Assembly (NCBI GenBank): GCA_028821675.1
Contig: JAPKFG010000001.1
Span: forward strand, 7,890 to 71,889
Direction of reading: 5' to 3'
From: Candidatus Poseidoniales archaeon
GTDB lineage: Archaea; Thermoplasmatota; Poseidoniia; Poseidoniales; Thalassarchaeaceae
DNA length: 64,000 nucleotides
Shown: positions 9,347 through 19,323 of the stretch, one piece after another
Numbering within the stretch: the stretch's first letter is position 1
Layout of the letters: each line of letters opens with the position of its first letter
The notes under the pieces: model-generated
Seen by the model: the letters and a program-made list of their open reading frames with translations, nothing else
What the model was told of the DNA's origin: nothing
The model's database searches: none
Position numbers and translations under genes: made by a program

Positions 9347-9708
9347 ATGCAAAAGGTCGTCACATCACATTGGATTACACCGGATTCACGGGAGATGGGA
9401 AATGGATGCTGACAGTATTACGTGCAGCGATTTCGCGCTCCGGTGCTAGAGAAGTTCACGCCCATGTCGAAGAATTTGATGGTGTTGAGAGCCCCACTGG
9501 ATTCGCAGCAGTCGTCCTCATCGACGAAAGTCATGTCAGTGCGCATTGTTATGCTGATCAGGGTATTCTGGCTGTAGACTGCTTTACTTGTGGAGGGATT
9601 GATCCGACGGGAATCGTCGATGACATTCACGAACAATTGTCCAAGGCAGTTCCTACAATCAATCTGATTCAGAGAACAGAATTGGACCGATTCGTGACGG
9701 AGGAGTAA
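9343..9708 (+). CDS. speH: S-adenosylmethionine decarboxylase proenzyme (small archaeal/bacterial class 1 form)
   Basis: 121 aa. VVLIDESHVSAHCYADQGILAVDCFTCG matches the AdoMetDC self-cleavage and active-site region (ESH...TWPE...DVFTCG). It overlaps the agmatinase stop by 4 nt, which indicates translational coupling. Confidence 0.8.
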   Translation: MNAKGRHITLDYTGFTGDGKWMLTVLRAAISRSGAREVHAHVEEFDGVESPTGFAAVVLIDESHVSAHCYADQGILAVDCFTCGGIDPTGIVDDIHEQLSKAVPTINLIQRTELDRFVTEE

Positions 9709-9710
9709 CA

Positions 9711-10622
9711 ATGCGCGATTTCGTAGAACACCACTTTCGTCACTTCAATGCCGGAGAATTGCGTCGGTGTACAGAATCACTCCGAGATTTCATCGCAAAT
9801 GATGGGCGATTGATGATTACCTTGGCCGGAGCCATGAGTACAGCGGAGATTGGGCGCAGCCTTGCGCCAGCTATTCGTGCGGGGAAAATTCACGCAATTT
9901 GCTGCACAGGTGCCAATCTTGAGGAGGATCTCTTCCATTTGATTGCGGCTTCACATTATGGGGATGTGCCTAATTGGAGAGACCTTTCACCAAATGAAGA
10001 ATCCCAATTGATAAATCGAATTACCAATAGGACAATTCCAGAAGGAAAAGCAATACGAAAAGTTGAATCTCAATTGATTTCTTTGTGGAAAGACACACCT
10101 GCACGATTGCCCCATGAATTCCTGTATGATTTAGTAAAAAAGGTAGAGGCTGATGCGAATCCAGATGATTCATGGCTCCTAGCCGCAGCTGAGGCCAACC
10201 TACCACTGTTCGTACCAGGATGGGAAGATTCGACCCTAGGCAACATCTTCGCTGCACGAGTCATTGATGGCACCGTAGATGTGAATACTGTTCTCAGTGG
10301 CACACACTACATGCTGGCGTTGGCGACATGGATTCGAGAACATCCCATCAACGGCTTCCTACAGGTGGGGGGTGGAATCGCCGGTGATTTCCCCATCTGT
10401 GTGGTCCCGATGCTGCGTCAAGATCTGGGTGAAGATGTTCCCCTTTGGGCATGGTTTGCACAAATCTCCGAATCGCGCCCATCCTATGGTGGATACTCAG
10501 GGGCGCCACCAAATGAGAAGATTGGTTGGGGGAAACTTGGTGTTGAAACACCGAAGTTCGTTATCGAATCTGATGCGACAATCGTATTGCCCATTATCCT
10601 GACTTCTCTGCTCGACGAGTAA
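9711..10622 (+). CDS. deoxyhypusine synthase-like paralog lacking the catalytic lysine (possible pseudoenzyme)
   Basis: Its DHS-fold motifs are MITLAGAMSTAEIG, AICCTGANLEEDLF and the C-terminal GYSGAPPNEKIGWGKLG. Where canonical DHS, including the second copy at 51511, has GGGISKHH, this protein has VGGGIAGDF. So the Lys and both His residues are replaced. Confidence 0.65.
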   Translation: MRDFVEHHFRHFNAGELRRCTESLRDFIANDGRLMITLAGAMSTAEIGRSLAPAIRAGKIHAICCTGANLEEDLFHLIAASHYGDVPNWRDLSPNEESQLINRITNRTIPEGKAIRKVESQLISLWKDTPARLPHEFLYDLVKKVEADANPDDSWLLAAAEANLPLFVPGWEDSTLGNIFAARVIDGTVDVNTVLSGTHYMLALATWIREHPINGFLQVGGGIAGDFPICVVPMLRQDLGEDVPLWAWFAQISESRPSYGGYSGAPPNEKIGWGKLGVETPKFVIESDATIVLPIILTSLLDE

Positions 10623-10661
10623 GGCATAGCCTCAAATCGGCGATACCGCACCTACGGTGCG

Positions 10662-12002
10662 ATGCGCGTCCTCGCAGTCTTGGCGATGCTACTTGTCGCC
10701 TCGGCGACTCCGATGGCCAACGCACAGCAACCCGACATTGTTCAGGAACATTGGTACCACTCCTATGCAACACTCACAGTCGATGTCAATGCATGGGCGG
10801 ACGATTATCCAGAAATTGTTGATTTAATTAGTGCTGGAAACACAGAACTAGGTCGAGAACTATGGCTTGTTCGAATCTCTGATTGGAGTGTTGAAACAAA
10901 ACCAGATGGAGCAGACAAAGAGATTGTTTACATTGATGGTGGGCACCATGGAAATGAGCACTTAGGAACTGAATTGGCTTTCTTAACAGCTGAATTTTAC
11001 ATCGAAGGCTGGGTGGCTGGAGATCAAGAAGTAATTGATGTTCTGTCGACAACCGAACTACACATTCTCATCATGCTCAATGCAGATGGTAACGATATCG
11101 ACACACGCTGGAATATCAACCAAGTAGATTTGAATCGAAATTATGATCATTATTGGAATAACTGCCCTCCCAACAACCCCACTCAGCCTGGCAGTGGTCC
11201 GTTCAGCGAGTCTGAAACACTTGCAAATTCAATTTACATGAACACAGTAGTTCAGGATGCAGATCTGTATGTTACCATGCATACAGGAGTGTGGATTATG
11301 TTGTATCCATGGGGAAGATGGCCAGAACAACCCTCAGATTGGGAACTATTTCATTTCATCAGAGATGATGTTCATGCAAATGTCTCAGACATCCCTATTC
11401 AAAATGCAAATCAAGGATTATACCCAAATTGTGGAACCAGTCGAGATTACGGTTATGGAGTGATGGGGTTCCCTACATTCACATTCGAAACGGATGATGA
11501 ACAATGGGCACTAGGCACTACAGAACCACTCTCAAGTCGCCTCGGTGAAGAAATGGATGTCATGCGATATCTGATTACCAACATCTGGTATTGGAGGGCC
11601 CGATTATCGGTTACATCGTTTGAGTACAATGGAGATTCTATTGAGTTGAATGTTGACAATTTGGGACGAGCAAGCACGACGAATGCCACTGTTCAGTACA
11701 TCGATAGCGACGAGGTGACTTGGACCTCGGATTTGTTTAGTGTCAATGCAACCAACAGCTCGCATATTCATCTGGATACAACGAATCTGAGCCTCACGGC
11801 CGATGGTCATTTCGAATTGTTCTATCAGAAGCGCGTTATTGATGCGAGCCTCTGGGTCAATGAATCAATTCCTGAAGAGTTAATCAAAATATCTGATGGT
11901 GAAGACAAGGGATGGTTGCCCTTCACATCACCAATATGGGCCATTCTGGCGATTGGATTGGCGGGAATTCGGAGAAATGAACGTTTTCACGACGGTTTCT
12001 GA
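10662..12002 (+). CDS. secreted M14-family zinc carboxypeptidase with C-terminal membrane anchor
   Basis: Signal peptide MRVLAVLAMLLVASATPMANA. Zn ligands and catalytic motifs HHGNEHLG (HxxE), LNADGND, DLNRNYD and a second His in YVTMHTGVW. The C-terminal hydrophobic segment is IWAILAIGLAGI. Confidence 0.75.
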   Translation: MRVLAVLAMLLVASATPMANAQQPDIVQEHWYHSYATLTVDVNAWADDYPEIVDLISAGNTELGRELWLVRISDWSVETKPDGADKEIVYIDGGHHGNEHLGTELAFLTAEFYIEGWVAGDQEVIDVLSTTELHILIMLNADGNDIDTRWNINQVDLNRNYDHYWNNCPPNNPTQPGSGPFSESETLANSIYMNTVVQDADLYVTMHTGVWIMLYPWGRWPEQPSDWELFHFIRDDVHANVSDIPIQNANQGLYPNCGTSRDYGYGVMGFPTFTFETDDEQWALGTTEPLSSRLGEEMDVMRYLITNIWYWRARLSVTSFEYNGDSIELNVDNLGRASTTNATVQYIDSDEVTWTSDLFSVNATNSSHIHLDTTNLSLTADGHFELFYQKRVIDASLWVNESIPEELIKISDGEDKGWLPFTSPIWAILAIGLAGIRRNERFHDGF

Positions 12003-12092
12003 CCTTTTGTTTGCATAAATATATGCTGAAAAAGGGATTATTGAACACAATGCTTTGTATATCGGTACGGAATCGGCACGTTCAGTGATTCC

Positions 12093-13571
12093 ATGGATGC
12101 AAGCGTAACCGAATTCAACGATGTCGGAGATATACTGATTTTACCACTCTTCAAAGGTGTTGATAAGGCCCCAAACAATGCGCTTGCTGGCTTATCACGA
12201 ACCCAACGCAGCCTCGTGAATGAAGCACTAGCAAGTGAAAGTTTCACAGGCAAGGCAGGCAAGCGCCTCAGCGTTTGGACTGCGGGTTGTCAAGTTGTAT
12301 TGGTTGGTATGGGTGATGCACCAAGCGACAAAACCTGTCGTGACGAAGGTGCCAAGACGTTAGGGGGCCTTTCCAAGGATCACGGCACTGCATTGACTGT
12401 TCGATTCACGACTGGATGGAATAATACAAAGATGGCGTTGTTTGTTGAAGGAATGATTCTACGCGACTATGCTTTTGACAAGTATATGCAGAAGGATGAA
12501 GACGAGATTCTAACCGATTGGACACTTGTCTGCCAGGCCAGTGCACGACACCAGAATAAACTCGCTACTGCAGTCACCAAATCCTCAGCGATTGCCGCAG
12601 GTGTCCATCTCGCACGAGACTTAGCCAATGAACCGGCGAATGTGATGTACCCCGAGGAATTTGCCCGTCGAGCCACCGAGTGGGCTGAAGGGAAGGCGAA
12701 TGTCGAAGTCGAGGTTTGGGATTACTCTCGTCTAAAGAAGGAAGGGATGCACGCGGTTATTGCCGTTGGAAAGGGCAGTGATCGAAAGCCCTGCATGGTC
12801 TTCTTCCGCCTCAACCCAAATGCGCAGAAGGGTGAGCAGGTACCCTGTATTGTGGGCAAGGGGATTACCTTTGATACCGGTGGAATATCCATCAAACCTT
12901 CAGCCGGAATGGAGGACATGAAATTCGATATGCACGGCTCCGCAACTGTATTCGGTCTCTTCGTTGCTCTTCATGCGAGTGGGTACAAAGGGCGTGTCAA
13001 TGGCATTACTTGCATGGCAGAAAACATGCCAAGCTCTGGTGCGTATCGTCCAGGGGATATTATCGACACATATTCTGGAAAGACGATTGAAGTTCTCAAC
13101 ACCGATGCCGAAGGACGCAACGTTCTCGCCGATGGTCTTTGGAAGTCAGCAGAACTCAATCCATCTTACATCGTCGATTTGGCCACGCTCACAGGTGCAT
13201 GTGTTGTCGCATTAGGCCATGAAGCCAGTGGACTGTGGTCGAATGATTACGACCTCTCACAGCGAATCCATAAGGCGGGTACTGCTGAGGATGAAATCGC
13301 TTGGCCAATGCCTCTACTTCCTGCCTTTGCAAAGGAAATGACTGGCTCCAAAGTGGCGGATGTTCAGAACCTAGGCAAGGGGCGATGGGGTGGTGCTTGC
13401 ACAGCCGCTGCTTTCCTGTGGCAATTTATCCAAGAGCGGGACGGGGAGAATATCTCATGGGCTCACCTAGACATTGCGGGTACCGCATGGGGAGCTTCGA
13501 CAAATGCAATGGTTGCCAATGGTGCAACAGGTATTCACGTTCGGACACTGCATCGTTTGGTTACAGAGTAA
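12093..13571 (+). CDS. pepA: leucyl aminopeptidase (M17 family)
   Basis: M17 signature NTDAEGRNVLAD, with GKGITFDTGGISIKP and MKFDMHGSA metal-binding regions. AT-rich TATA-like sequence (gcataaatatatgc) is upstream at 12015-12030. Confidence 0.85.
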   Translation: MDASVTEFNDVGDILILPLFKGVDKAPNNALAGLSRTQRSLVNEALASESFTGKAGKRLSVWTAGCQVVLVGMGDAPSDKTCRDEGAKTLGGLSKDHGTALTVRFTTGWNNTKMALFVEGMILRDYAFDKYMQKDEDEILTDWTLVCQASARHQNKLATAVTKSSAIAAGVHLARDLANEPANVMYPEEFARRATEWAEGKANVEVEVWDYSRLKKEGMHAVIAVGKGSDRKPCMVFFRLNPNAQKGEQVPCIVGKGITFDTGGISIKPSAGMEDMKFDMHGSATVFGLFVALHASGYKGRVNGITCMAENMPSSGAYRPGDIIDTYSGKTIEVLNTDAEGRNVLADGLWKSAELNPSYIVDLATLTGACVVALGHEASGLWSNDYDLSQRIHKAGTAEDEIAWPMPLLPAFAKEMTGSKVADVQNLGKGRWGGACTAAAFLWQFIQERDGENISWAHLDIAGTAWGASTNAMVANGATGIHVRTLHRLVTE

Positions 13572-15461
13572 TCAATCGTCGCCGTCATCATCGACAACTT
13601 CGAAATCGGCATCAACCACATCGTCTGCACCATCGATGCCGGTGTGATCTCCGCCTTCTTCATCGGCCACGTTAGCGGCTGCAGCCTCGTACAACTTCGC
13701 TGAGATGGCATGCATTGCTTCCTCTAATTCCTGGACCTTGGCCTGAATGGCATCCTCATCAAGATCTTCATCAGATACGGGGCCATCATCTGTACGAATC
13801 AAGGCTTCAAGTTCTGTGAGTTTGTCCTCAACGGGTGATGTGTCTTCATCCTCAAGTTTGTCACCAGCATCCTTCAACGTGCGTCGAGTCTGATACACGA
13901 TATTGTCAGCAGTGTTGCGCAATTCCACCTTCTTCTGTCGCTCTTCATCCTCAGAAGCAAATTGCTCAGCTTCTGAAATCTTCAGTTGAATCTCATCCTC
14001 TGAAAGGCTGGTTGCACTCTCGATTCTAATCGATTGCTCCTTACCAGTACCCATATCCTTAGCAGAGACACTGACGATGCCGTTCGCATCTATATCGAAG
14101 GTGACTTCGATCTTCGGAATACCACGGGGTGCCTGTGGAATCCCTTCAAGGAAGAACTTGCCCAGTGTGACATTGTCCTTGGCGAACTTACGCTCACCTT
14201 GGAGGACATGGACCTCAACTGCTGGTTGGTTGTCAGCTGCGGTGCTAAATACTTCAGAACGGCGGGTTGGAATGGTGGTATTTCGCTCAATCATCGGTGT
14301 CGATACACCGCCCAATGTCTCGATTCCAAGGCTGAGGGGTGTCACGTCGAGGAGGAGGACATCGGTAACGCCCTCATCGCCAACGATGATGCCGGCCTGA
14401 AGGGCAGCACCCATGGCAACTGCTTCATCGGGGTTGATACCCTTGAATGGAGACTTGCCAGTTTCCTTCTCAATCGCCGCTTGAACGGCAGGAGTTCGAG
14501 TGCTACCACCCACAAGGAGAATCTTGTCGATGTCGCCAGCCTTCACACCAGAATCCTTCATTGCACGTCGAGTAGGACCCATGGTCGCCTCGACTAGGTC
14601 TGCGGTCAAATCGTCAAATTGAGCGCGAGACAAATTCAGATCCAAGTGCTCGGGGTTGCCATCCTTCATGGTGATGAATGGTAGATTGATGTGGCTAGTC
14701 TGAGTGCCTGACAATTCAATTTTGGCCTTTTCAGCCGCTTCTTTGAGGCGACTCATCGCCTGGCCATCACCAGAGAGGTCTATGCCACTGTTCTTTTTGA
14801 ATTCAGAGACGCACCAGTGAATCACACGCTCGTCAAAATCATCTCCTCCGAGACGATTGTTACCTGCGGTTGCCTTCACCTCAATCTGTGGCTGACCATC
14901 GACCTGATAGATCTCCAAAACGGATACATCGAAGGTTCCACCACCCAAATCGAATACGAGAATGGTTTGGTCGTCTTCCTTGTCGACACCGTAGGCCAAA
15001 GCGGCAGCTGTCGGTTCGTTGATGATTCGTAGAACATCAAGTCCAGCGATTCGACCTGCATCCTTGGTGGCCTTGCGCTGTGCATCGGTAAAGTATGCTG
15101 GACAGGTGACGACCGCTTGCTTGACCTCCTGGCCAAGATATGCTTCAGCATCTGCCTTCAACTTCTGTAGAATGAATGCGGAAATCTCTTGGGGCGTGTA
15201 TTCGTTTTCATCGACCCCTTCTTTCCAATCGGTGCCCATCTCACGCTTCACAGAGAGAAAGGTACGCTCGTTATTGGTGACGGCCTGTCGCTTTGCGGTT
15301 ACACCAACTAAGCGCTCGCCATCTTTGGAGAATGCGACAACACTCGGTGTCGTGCGCGCGCCTTCAGCGTTCGCAATGACAACGGCTTCACCACCTTCGA
15401 TGGTTGCCACACAACTGTTTGTCGTTCCTAGATCAATTCCAATTACGGGTGTCTTTGCCAT
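13572..15461 (-). CDS. dnaK: molecular chaperone DnaK (Hsp70)
   Basis: Has [23 protein letters not shown] and IVGGSTRTP motifs. The start was chosen at [12 protein letters not shown], with GGAGGA 7 nt upstream. The ORF-track start at 15503 lies inside the upstream gene. Confidence 0.9.
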   Translation of the reverse strand: MAKTPVIGIDLGTTNSCVATIEGGEAVVIANAEGARTTPSVVAFSKDGERLVGVTAKRQAVTNNERTFLSVKREMGTDWKEGVDENEYTPQEISAFILQKLKADAEAYLGQEVKQAVVTCPAYFTDAQRKATKDAGRIAGLDVLRIINEPTAAALAYGVDKEDDQTILVFDLGGGTFDVSVLEIYQVDGQPQIEVKATAGNNRLGGDDFDERVIHWCVSEFKKNSGIDLSGDGQAMSRLKEAAEKAKIELSGTQTSHINLPFITMKDGNPEHLDLNLSRAQFDDLTADLVEATMGPTRRAMKDSGVKAGDIDKILLVGGSTRTPAVQAAIEKETGKSPFKGINPDEAVAMGAALQAGIIVGDEGVTDVLLLDVTPLSLGIETLGGVSTPMIERNTTIPTRRSEVFSTAADNQPAVEVHVLQGERKFAKDNVTLGKFFLEGIPQAPRGIPKIEVTFDIDANGIVSVSAKDMGTGKEQSIRIESATSLSEDEIQLKISEAEQFASEDEERQKKVELRNTADNIVYQTRRTLKDAGDKLEDEDTSPVEDKLTELEALIRTDDGPVSDEDLDEDAIQAKVQELEEAMHAISAKLYEAAAANVADEEGGDHTGIDGADDVVDADFEVVDDDGDD

Positions 15462-15462
15462 T

Positions 15463-16104
15463 TCATTGTCCTCCTTCAGGGGTTGCAGATTCGGTTTCAT
15501 CACGCAAGGTGAGAGTGATGTCTAGAATACCATTGTTCAACTCCCATGTATCGACGCTCTCAGCGGCTTTGGGCAACTCATAACTCTGCAATGGGCTCAT
15601 CTGAGTTGTACGCATCAACTGTAGAGTAGAGCCACCTCCGGAGAGATTCAATTCAAGTTCGGAATCATCCAACTCATCATGACGAGATACATCGATTATG
15701 ATGTTCATTGAATCACCATCGACATAGATGTCAGCGATGGGAACCTGCATGACTTCGTCAACCTCTTCGTCCTCTGTGACTTTGACCTCAGCGGGCTCAG
15801 GGGTCTTTTCTTTGCCCATCTTGACATCGACGCCCATCTTTGAGAAAATTTCGCTGAAATCTGGGGTCCCACCCTTGCTGAGTGCCTCGCCAAGACCGCC
15901 GAAATCACCTTGAAGATTGAATTTGAAATCTCCAGAACGTAGTTTTTCTGGATCGAGTCCCATGTCCTCAAATTGAGATTGGATTTGATTCATCATTCGG
16001 GCTAAATCGTCTTCATCGACGTCCATTCCCATCTGGCGGAACATCTCCACCATTTGCTTCAGAAGTTGTTCTTCCCACTCATCTCGCTCCATCAACTCAC
16101 CCAC
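15463..16104 (-). CDS. acidic hypothetical protein with possible alpha-crystallin (Hsp20)-like C-terminal domain, co-transcribed with dnaK
   Basis: 213 aa, Met/Asp/Glu-rich N-terminus. The C-terminal segment [42 protein letters not shown]...[25 protein letters not shown] has the strand pattern of an sHSP domain (..F.LP..VD......A.y.NGvL.I.lPK). Its stop TGA sits inside the dnaK Shine-Dalgarno, 1 nt from the dnaK ATG. It has no GrpE motifs. Confidence 0.5.
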   Translation of the reverse strand: MGELMERDEWEEQLLKQMVEMFRQMGMDVDEDDLARMMNQIQSQFEDMGLDPEKLRSGDFKFNLQGDFGGLGEALSKGGTPDFSEIFSKMGVDVKMGKEKTPEPAEVKVTEDEEVDEVMQVPIADIYVDGDSMNIIIDVSRHDELDDSELELNLSGGGSTLQLMRTTQMSPLQSYELPKAAESVDTWELNNGILDITLTLRDETESATPEGGQ

Positions 16105-16198
16105 TACTTAACTCTCGGTTGTATAGTGGGAGTATCTTGTCCTATATGAAGGATTGGAAGGCGGCGGATTCAAGGGAGAGACATGGGTGGGCCATTCG

Positions 16199-17773
16199 AT
16201 GGTACAGGGTGATCAAGATCGGGTACTTGAGGGTACAGAGCGGATTGCGGGCCGTACTGCATTGCGAAAAAATGTAGCAGGAGCCGTGTCTCTGGCCAAT
16301 GCTGTTCGCAGTACTTTGGGTCCAAAAGGACTTGACAAGTTACTGGTTTCGGACGATGGAACCTATCTTGTGACCAATGATGGTGTAACCGTCTTAGAAG
16401 CTGCAAAAGTCGAGCAGCCAACAGCAAGAATGCTGATTTCAACCTCACGCGCACAAGATGATGAAGTTCGAGATGGAACTACATCCACGGTGGTCCTAAC
16501 AGCAGAATTATTGGTCAATGCACTGGAATTGGTCGATCGAGGTGTACATCCAACAATAATTGCCAGTGGCTATCGCATGTGTGGACCGGTGGTAGAACAG
16601 GCTCTGGGTGAAATTGCAAAACCCGCGGATAAGAATACTTCACTCGATTCCGTGAAAACGAGTTTGGCCGGTAAAGGAGACGAGGGTCTTCAATCCAGAC
16701 TCGCTGAATTGGCCCATGCTGCAGCTCAAACCACTGGTTCTGGAGAGGTCGAACATACCCGCGTATTGACGGAGCGCAGTGGTTCAATCAAGGACAGTGA
16801 ATTAATCCAGGGAATTGTCCTCGTCAAAGCTCGCGTTCATCGTGAAATGGAACTCAAACCAGAGGCAGGAAGGATCCTCATTCTGGATGGAGGAATCGAG
16901 AAGCGCAGACTCGAGATTGAGGCCAGTCTGAAGATTACGAATACGGGGGCTATCGAAGCCTTCCACGCGCGCGAGCGCGAGGGCCTACAGGCGCGTGTTG
17001 ATTCACTGACATCAGCAAACATCGATTGTTTGGTCACTCGCGATGGCATCGAAGAAGAGGCACACGCGATGCTCGCCGCAGCGGGAATCTTGGCCTATCG
17101 TCGTGTTGAACGACCCGAGATTGAACACCTGTGTAGAGCCACAGGGGCGAGGCCTGTCTTTGATGTTGATGATATTCAAAATGAAGATGTGGGACAATTC
17201 GCTTCGATTCGCGAAGAGAAATGGCATGGAGTTGAGCACGCCATCTTTGAAGGATCACAATCCCAAGGTGTGACCGTGGTTCTTCGTGGCTCCACCGATA
17301 TGAGATTGGAGGAGGCCGAGCGTGCCTTCAACGATGCACTTGGTGTGGCCTGTCAACTGATTCGTGAACCTCAACTTCTACCGGGTGGTGGTGCAACACA
17401 CATTGCTCTGGCTCGTCGCCTGCGCCGACATGCAGAGACCATTCCGGGCCGTGAACAGATGGCCATCGAGGGATTTGCAGCCGCCCTAGAATCCATTCCA
17501 CGAATTCTTGCGGAAAATGCTGGCATGAATCCGATTGATGAACTTCTTCGGGCAACAGCAGCACAGGCAGATTCGAATTCAGCATGGCAAGGCCTCGATA
17601 TCAATACGGGTCAAACGACGGACATGGGCAAGGCCTCGATTGTGGAGCCGCTCAGCGTCACTCGACACGCTATTGCTGGTGCCACGGAAGCGGCAATCTC
17701 AATTCTCAGAATCGATGATGTGCTGTGGTCAAAACAGGATGCGCAGACCCCCGATTGGCAAACTGAGGATTGA
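16199..17773 (+). CDS. ths: thermosome subunit (group II chaperonin)
   Basis: Has NVAGAVSLANAVRSTLGPKGLDKLLV, TNDGVTVL and GDGTTS(T)VVL, the classic thermosome/CCT N-terminal motifs. Divergent from the hsp20-like/dnaK operon. The start is set at MVQGDQDRVLEGTERIAG, and the upstream ORF-track start is probably too long. Confidence 0.9.
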   Translation: MVQGDQDRVLEGTERIAGRTALRKNVAGAVSLANAVRSTLGPKGLDKLLVSDDGTYLVTNDGVTVLEAAKVEQPTARMLISTSRAQDDEVRDGTTSTVVLTAELLVNALELVDRGVHPTIIASGYRMCGPVVEQALGEIAKPADKNTSLDSVKTSLAGKGDEGLQSRLAELAHAAAQTTGSGEVEHTRVLTERSGSIKDSELIQGIVLVKARVHREMELKPEAGRILILDGGIEKRRLEIEASLKITNTGAIEAFHAREREGLQARVDSLTSANIDCLVTRDGIEEEAHAMLAAAGILAYRRVERPEIEHLCRATGARPVFDVDDIQNEDVGQFASIREEKWHGVEHAIFEGSQSQGVTVVLRGSTDMRLEEAERAFNDALGVACQLIREPQLLPGGGATHIALARRLRRHAETIPGREQMAIEGFAAALESIPRILAENAGMNPIDELLRATAAQADSNSAWQGLDINTGQTTDMGKASIVEPLSVTRHAIAGATEAAISILRIDDVLWSKQDAQTPDWQTED

Positions 17774-17775
17774 AG

Positions 17776-18471
17776 ATGAGCCGAAAGGAGCCAATCCTTC
17801 CGCTCTATTGGCCTTGGACTGATGGCGAACGACTTGTTTTGGGTCCGCGAGAATTTCTACGCTCGCGAAGTTTCAGTCTAGTATACATTACATCCATCAT
17901 CTTGATTCCACATTTCTTCGGTTTCAGTTATTGGGGTGCGATTACTCCTAGCAAGTTGTTTTCGGCTCCACATGAGTACTTACTCTCGTTCATCACCGTG
18001 CCATTCGTTCATTATGGAACCGAACACATCACTCAAGTCGCGATTACATTCCTCGTCTTCTGTCAGTCTTTTGAGAGCAGGGCTGGATCCAAAGAAACTG
18101 CAATCCTGTTCTTTTCCACAATCGCATTCACTGGATTGGCTATGGGTTTGTTCATCAATGTAGGTAGTTCGTTGTCGTCGGAGACCGAATTATTCTCGCA
18201 AGCCATGAGCCGAAGTTGGATGGGGGGTTCGATTGGCTTTTTCGGAATTCTAGGTGCAATGTCGCATTACTCTAGAGAAAAGTGGTTGATTCCCATAATC
18301 CTTGTCTCGTTCGAAACATGGAATCGCTATGAGAACGGCATGAACGAATACATAACCATTGGACATCTTTGTAGTGCGCTGTTCGGATTCGTGATATGGG
18401 GACTTTATCTCAAGCGTCAGACATCGATAGATGTCAACGAAAAGAACAAACCGACTGTGCCCGAGGGATGA
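17776..18471 (+). CDS. rhomboid-family intramembrane serine protease (probable)
   Basis: Multi-TM protein. The TM2-like motif is FVHYGTEHITQVAITFLVF (cf. F.H..l.Hl..Nm). The GxSxG catalytic serine context is WMGGSIGFFGILGA, and a downstream His is in AMSHY. Confidence 0.55.
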   Translation: MSRKEPILPLYWPWTDGERLVLGPREFLRSRSFSLVYITSIILIPHFFGFSYWGAITPSKLFSAPHEYLLSFITVPFVHYGTEHITQVAITFLVFCQSFESRAGSKETAILFFSTIAFTGLAMGLFINVGSSLSSETELFSQAMSRSWMGGSIGFFGILGAMSHYSREKWLIPIILVSFETWNRYENGMNEYITIGHLCSALFGFVIWGLYLKRQTSIDVNEKNKPTVPEG

Positions 18472-19289
18472 CCATGGTGGAACCATTCGTCAACGTCGCG
18501 GGGTATCGATTCGTCGATTTACCCGACCGAGATGAATTGCGTGAACCATTCCGTGAGATTTGTGAGAAAAACAGGCTACTGGGGACCATTCTTCTGAGTA
18601 CTGAGGGCATCAATTTCTTCGTTTGTGGTGACCAGAAAGGGGTCGATGGATTCGTTGACTACCTAGAGAAGGATGAACGGTTCGCCGGAATTAAACTCAA
18701 GGTTTCTTACAGTGAAAAACTCGCTTTTCGCCGCATGAATGTCCGCCTCAAGAATGAGATTATTTCGATGGGTATGGATGAAGTCAAGCCGGGTAAATTC
18801 ACTGGAGAGGCAATTGCACCCTCTGAGTTCAAACAATGGCTGGACGAGGGACGAGACATCACGGTGCTGGACGCGCGCAACGATTACGAGATTCGGATTG
18901 GAACGTTTGACAATGCTGTAGATCTCAATCTCAGCACCTTCAGAGAATTCCCGAATGCGGTGAAGAATTCAACTCTTGAAAAAGACAAGACAGTGGTGAT
19001 GTTCTGTACGGGTGGGATTCGTTGTGAGAAGGCGAGTGCGTTGATGCTCAAGGAAGGCTTCCAGGATGTACGACAGTTGCAAGGTGGCGTGCTCGGTTAC
19101 TTTGAGGAAATGGGTGGAGCGCATTGGAATGGTGACTGCTTCGTGTTCGATCGCCGTGTGGCTGTGGATTCTGAACTGAATGTGACGGGGGCTGAGGTCT
19201 GCTTTGCGTGCAGAGAACCGTTGACACAGGATGAGTTGGATTCCCCTCTGTATGTCCCTGCAATCTCTTGCCCGTATTGCATTGAGTGA
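18468..19289 (+). CDS. trhO: rhodanese-domain protein of the YceA/TrhO (UPF0176) family
   Basis: Has the rhodanese active-site loop MFCTGGIRCEKAS plus a C-terminal CxxC...CPYC pair. Its ATGA start overlaps the rhomboid stop. Confidence 0.7.
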   Translation: MTMVEPFVNVAGYRFVDLPDRDELREPFREICEKNRLLGTILLSTEGINFFVCGDQKGVDGFVDYLEKDERFAGIKLKVSYSEKLAFRRMNVRLKNEIISMGMDEVKPGKFTGEAIAPSEFKQWLDEGRDITVLDARNDYEIRIGTFDNAVDLNLSTFREFPNAVKNSTLEKDKTVVMFCTGGIRCEKASALMLKEGFQDVRQLQGGVLGYFEEMGGAHWNGDCFVFDRRVAVDSELNVTGAEVCFACREPLTQDELDSPLYVPAISCPYCIE

Positions 19290-19323
19290 ATGCAGTACAT
19301 CTATGGAGAGCATTTGACTAAGA

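Noticed and set aside
14034-15525. Plus-strand ORFs of 187, 107 and 168 aa
   Set aside because: They are antisense to dnaK, whose homology is unambiguous along its full length.
15463-16104. GrpE upstream of dnaK, as expected from the usual grpE-dnaK-dnaJ order
   Set aside because: The sequence has no GrpE coiled-coil or four-helix plus beta-sheet motifs. The C-terminal strand pattern fits an alpha-crystallin-like fold instead, so it is called an Hsp20-like hypothetical.
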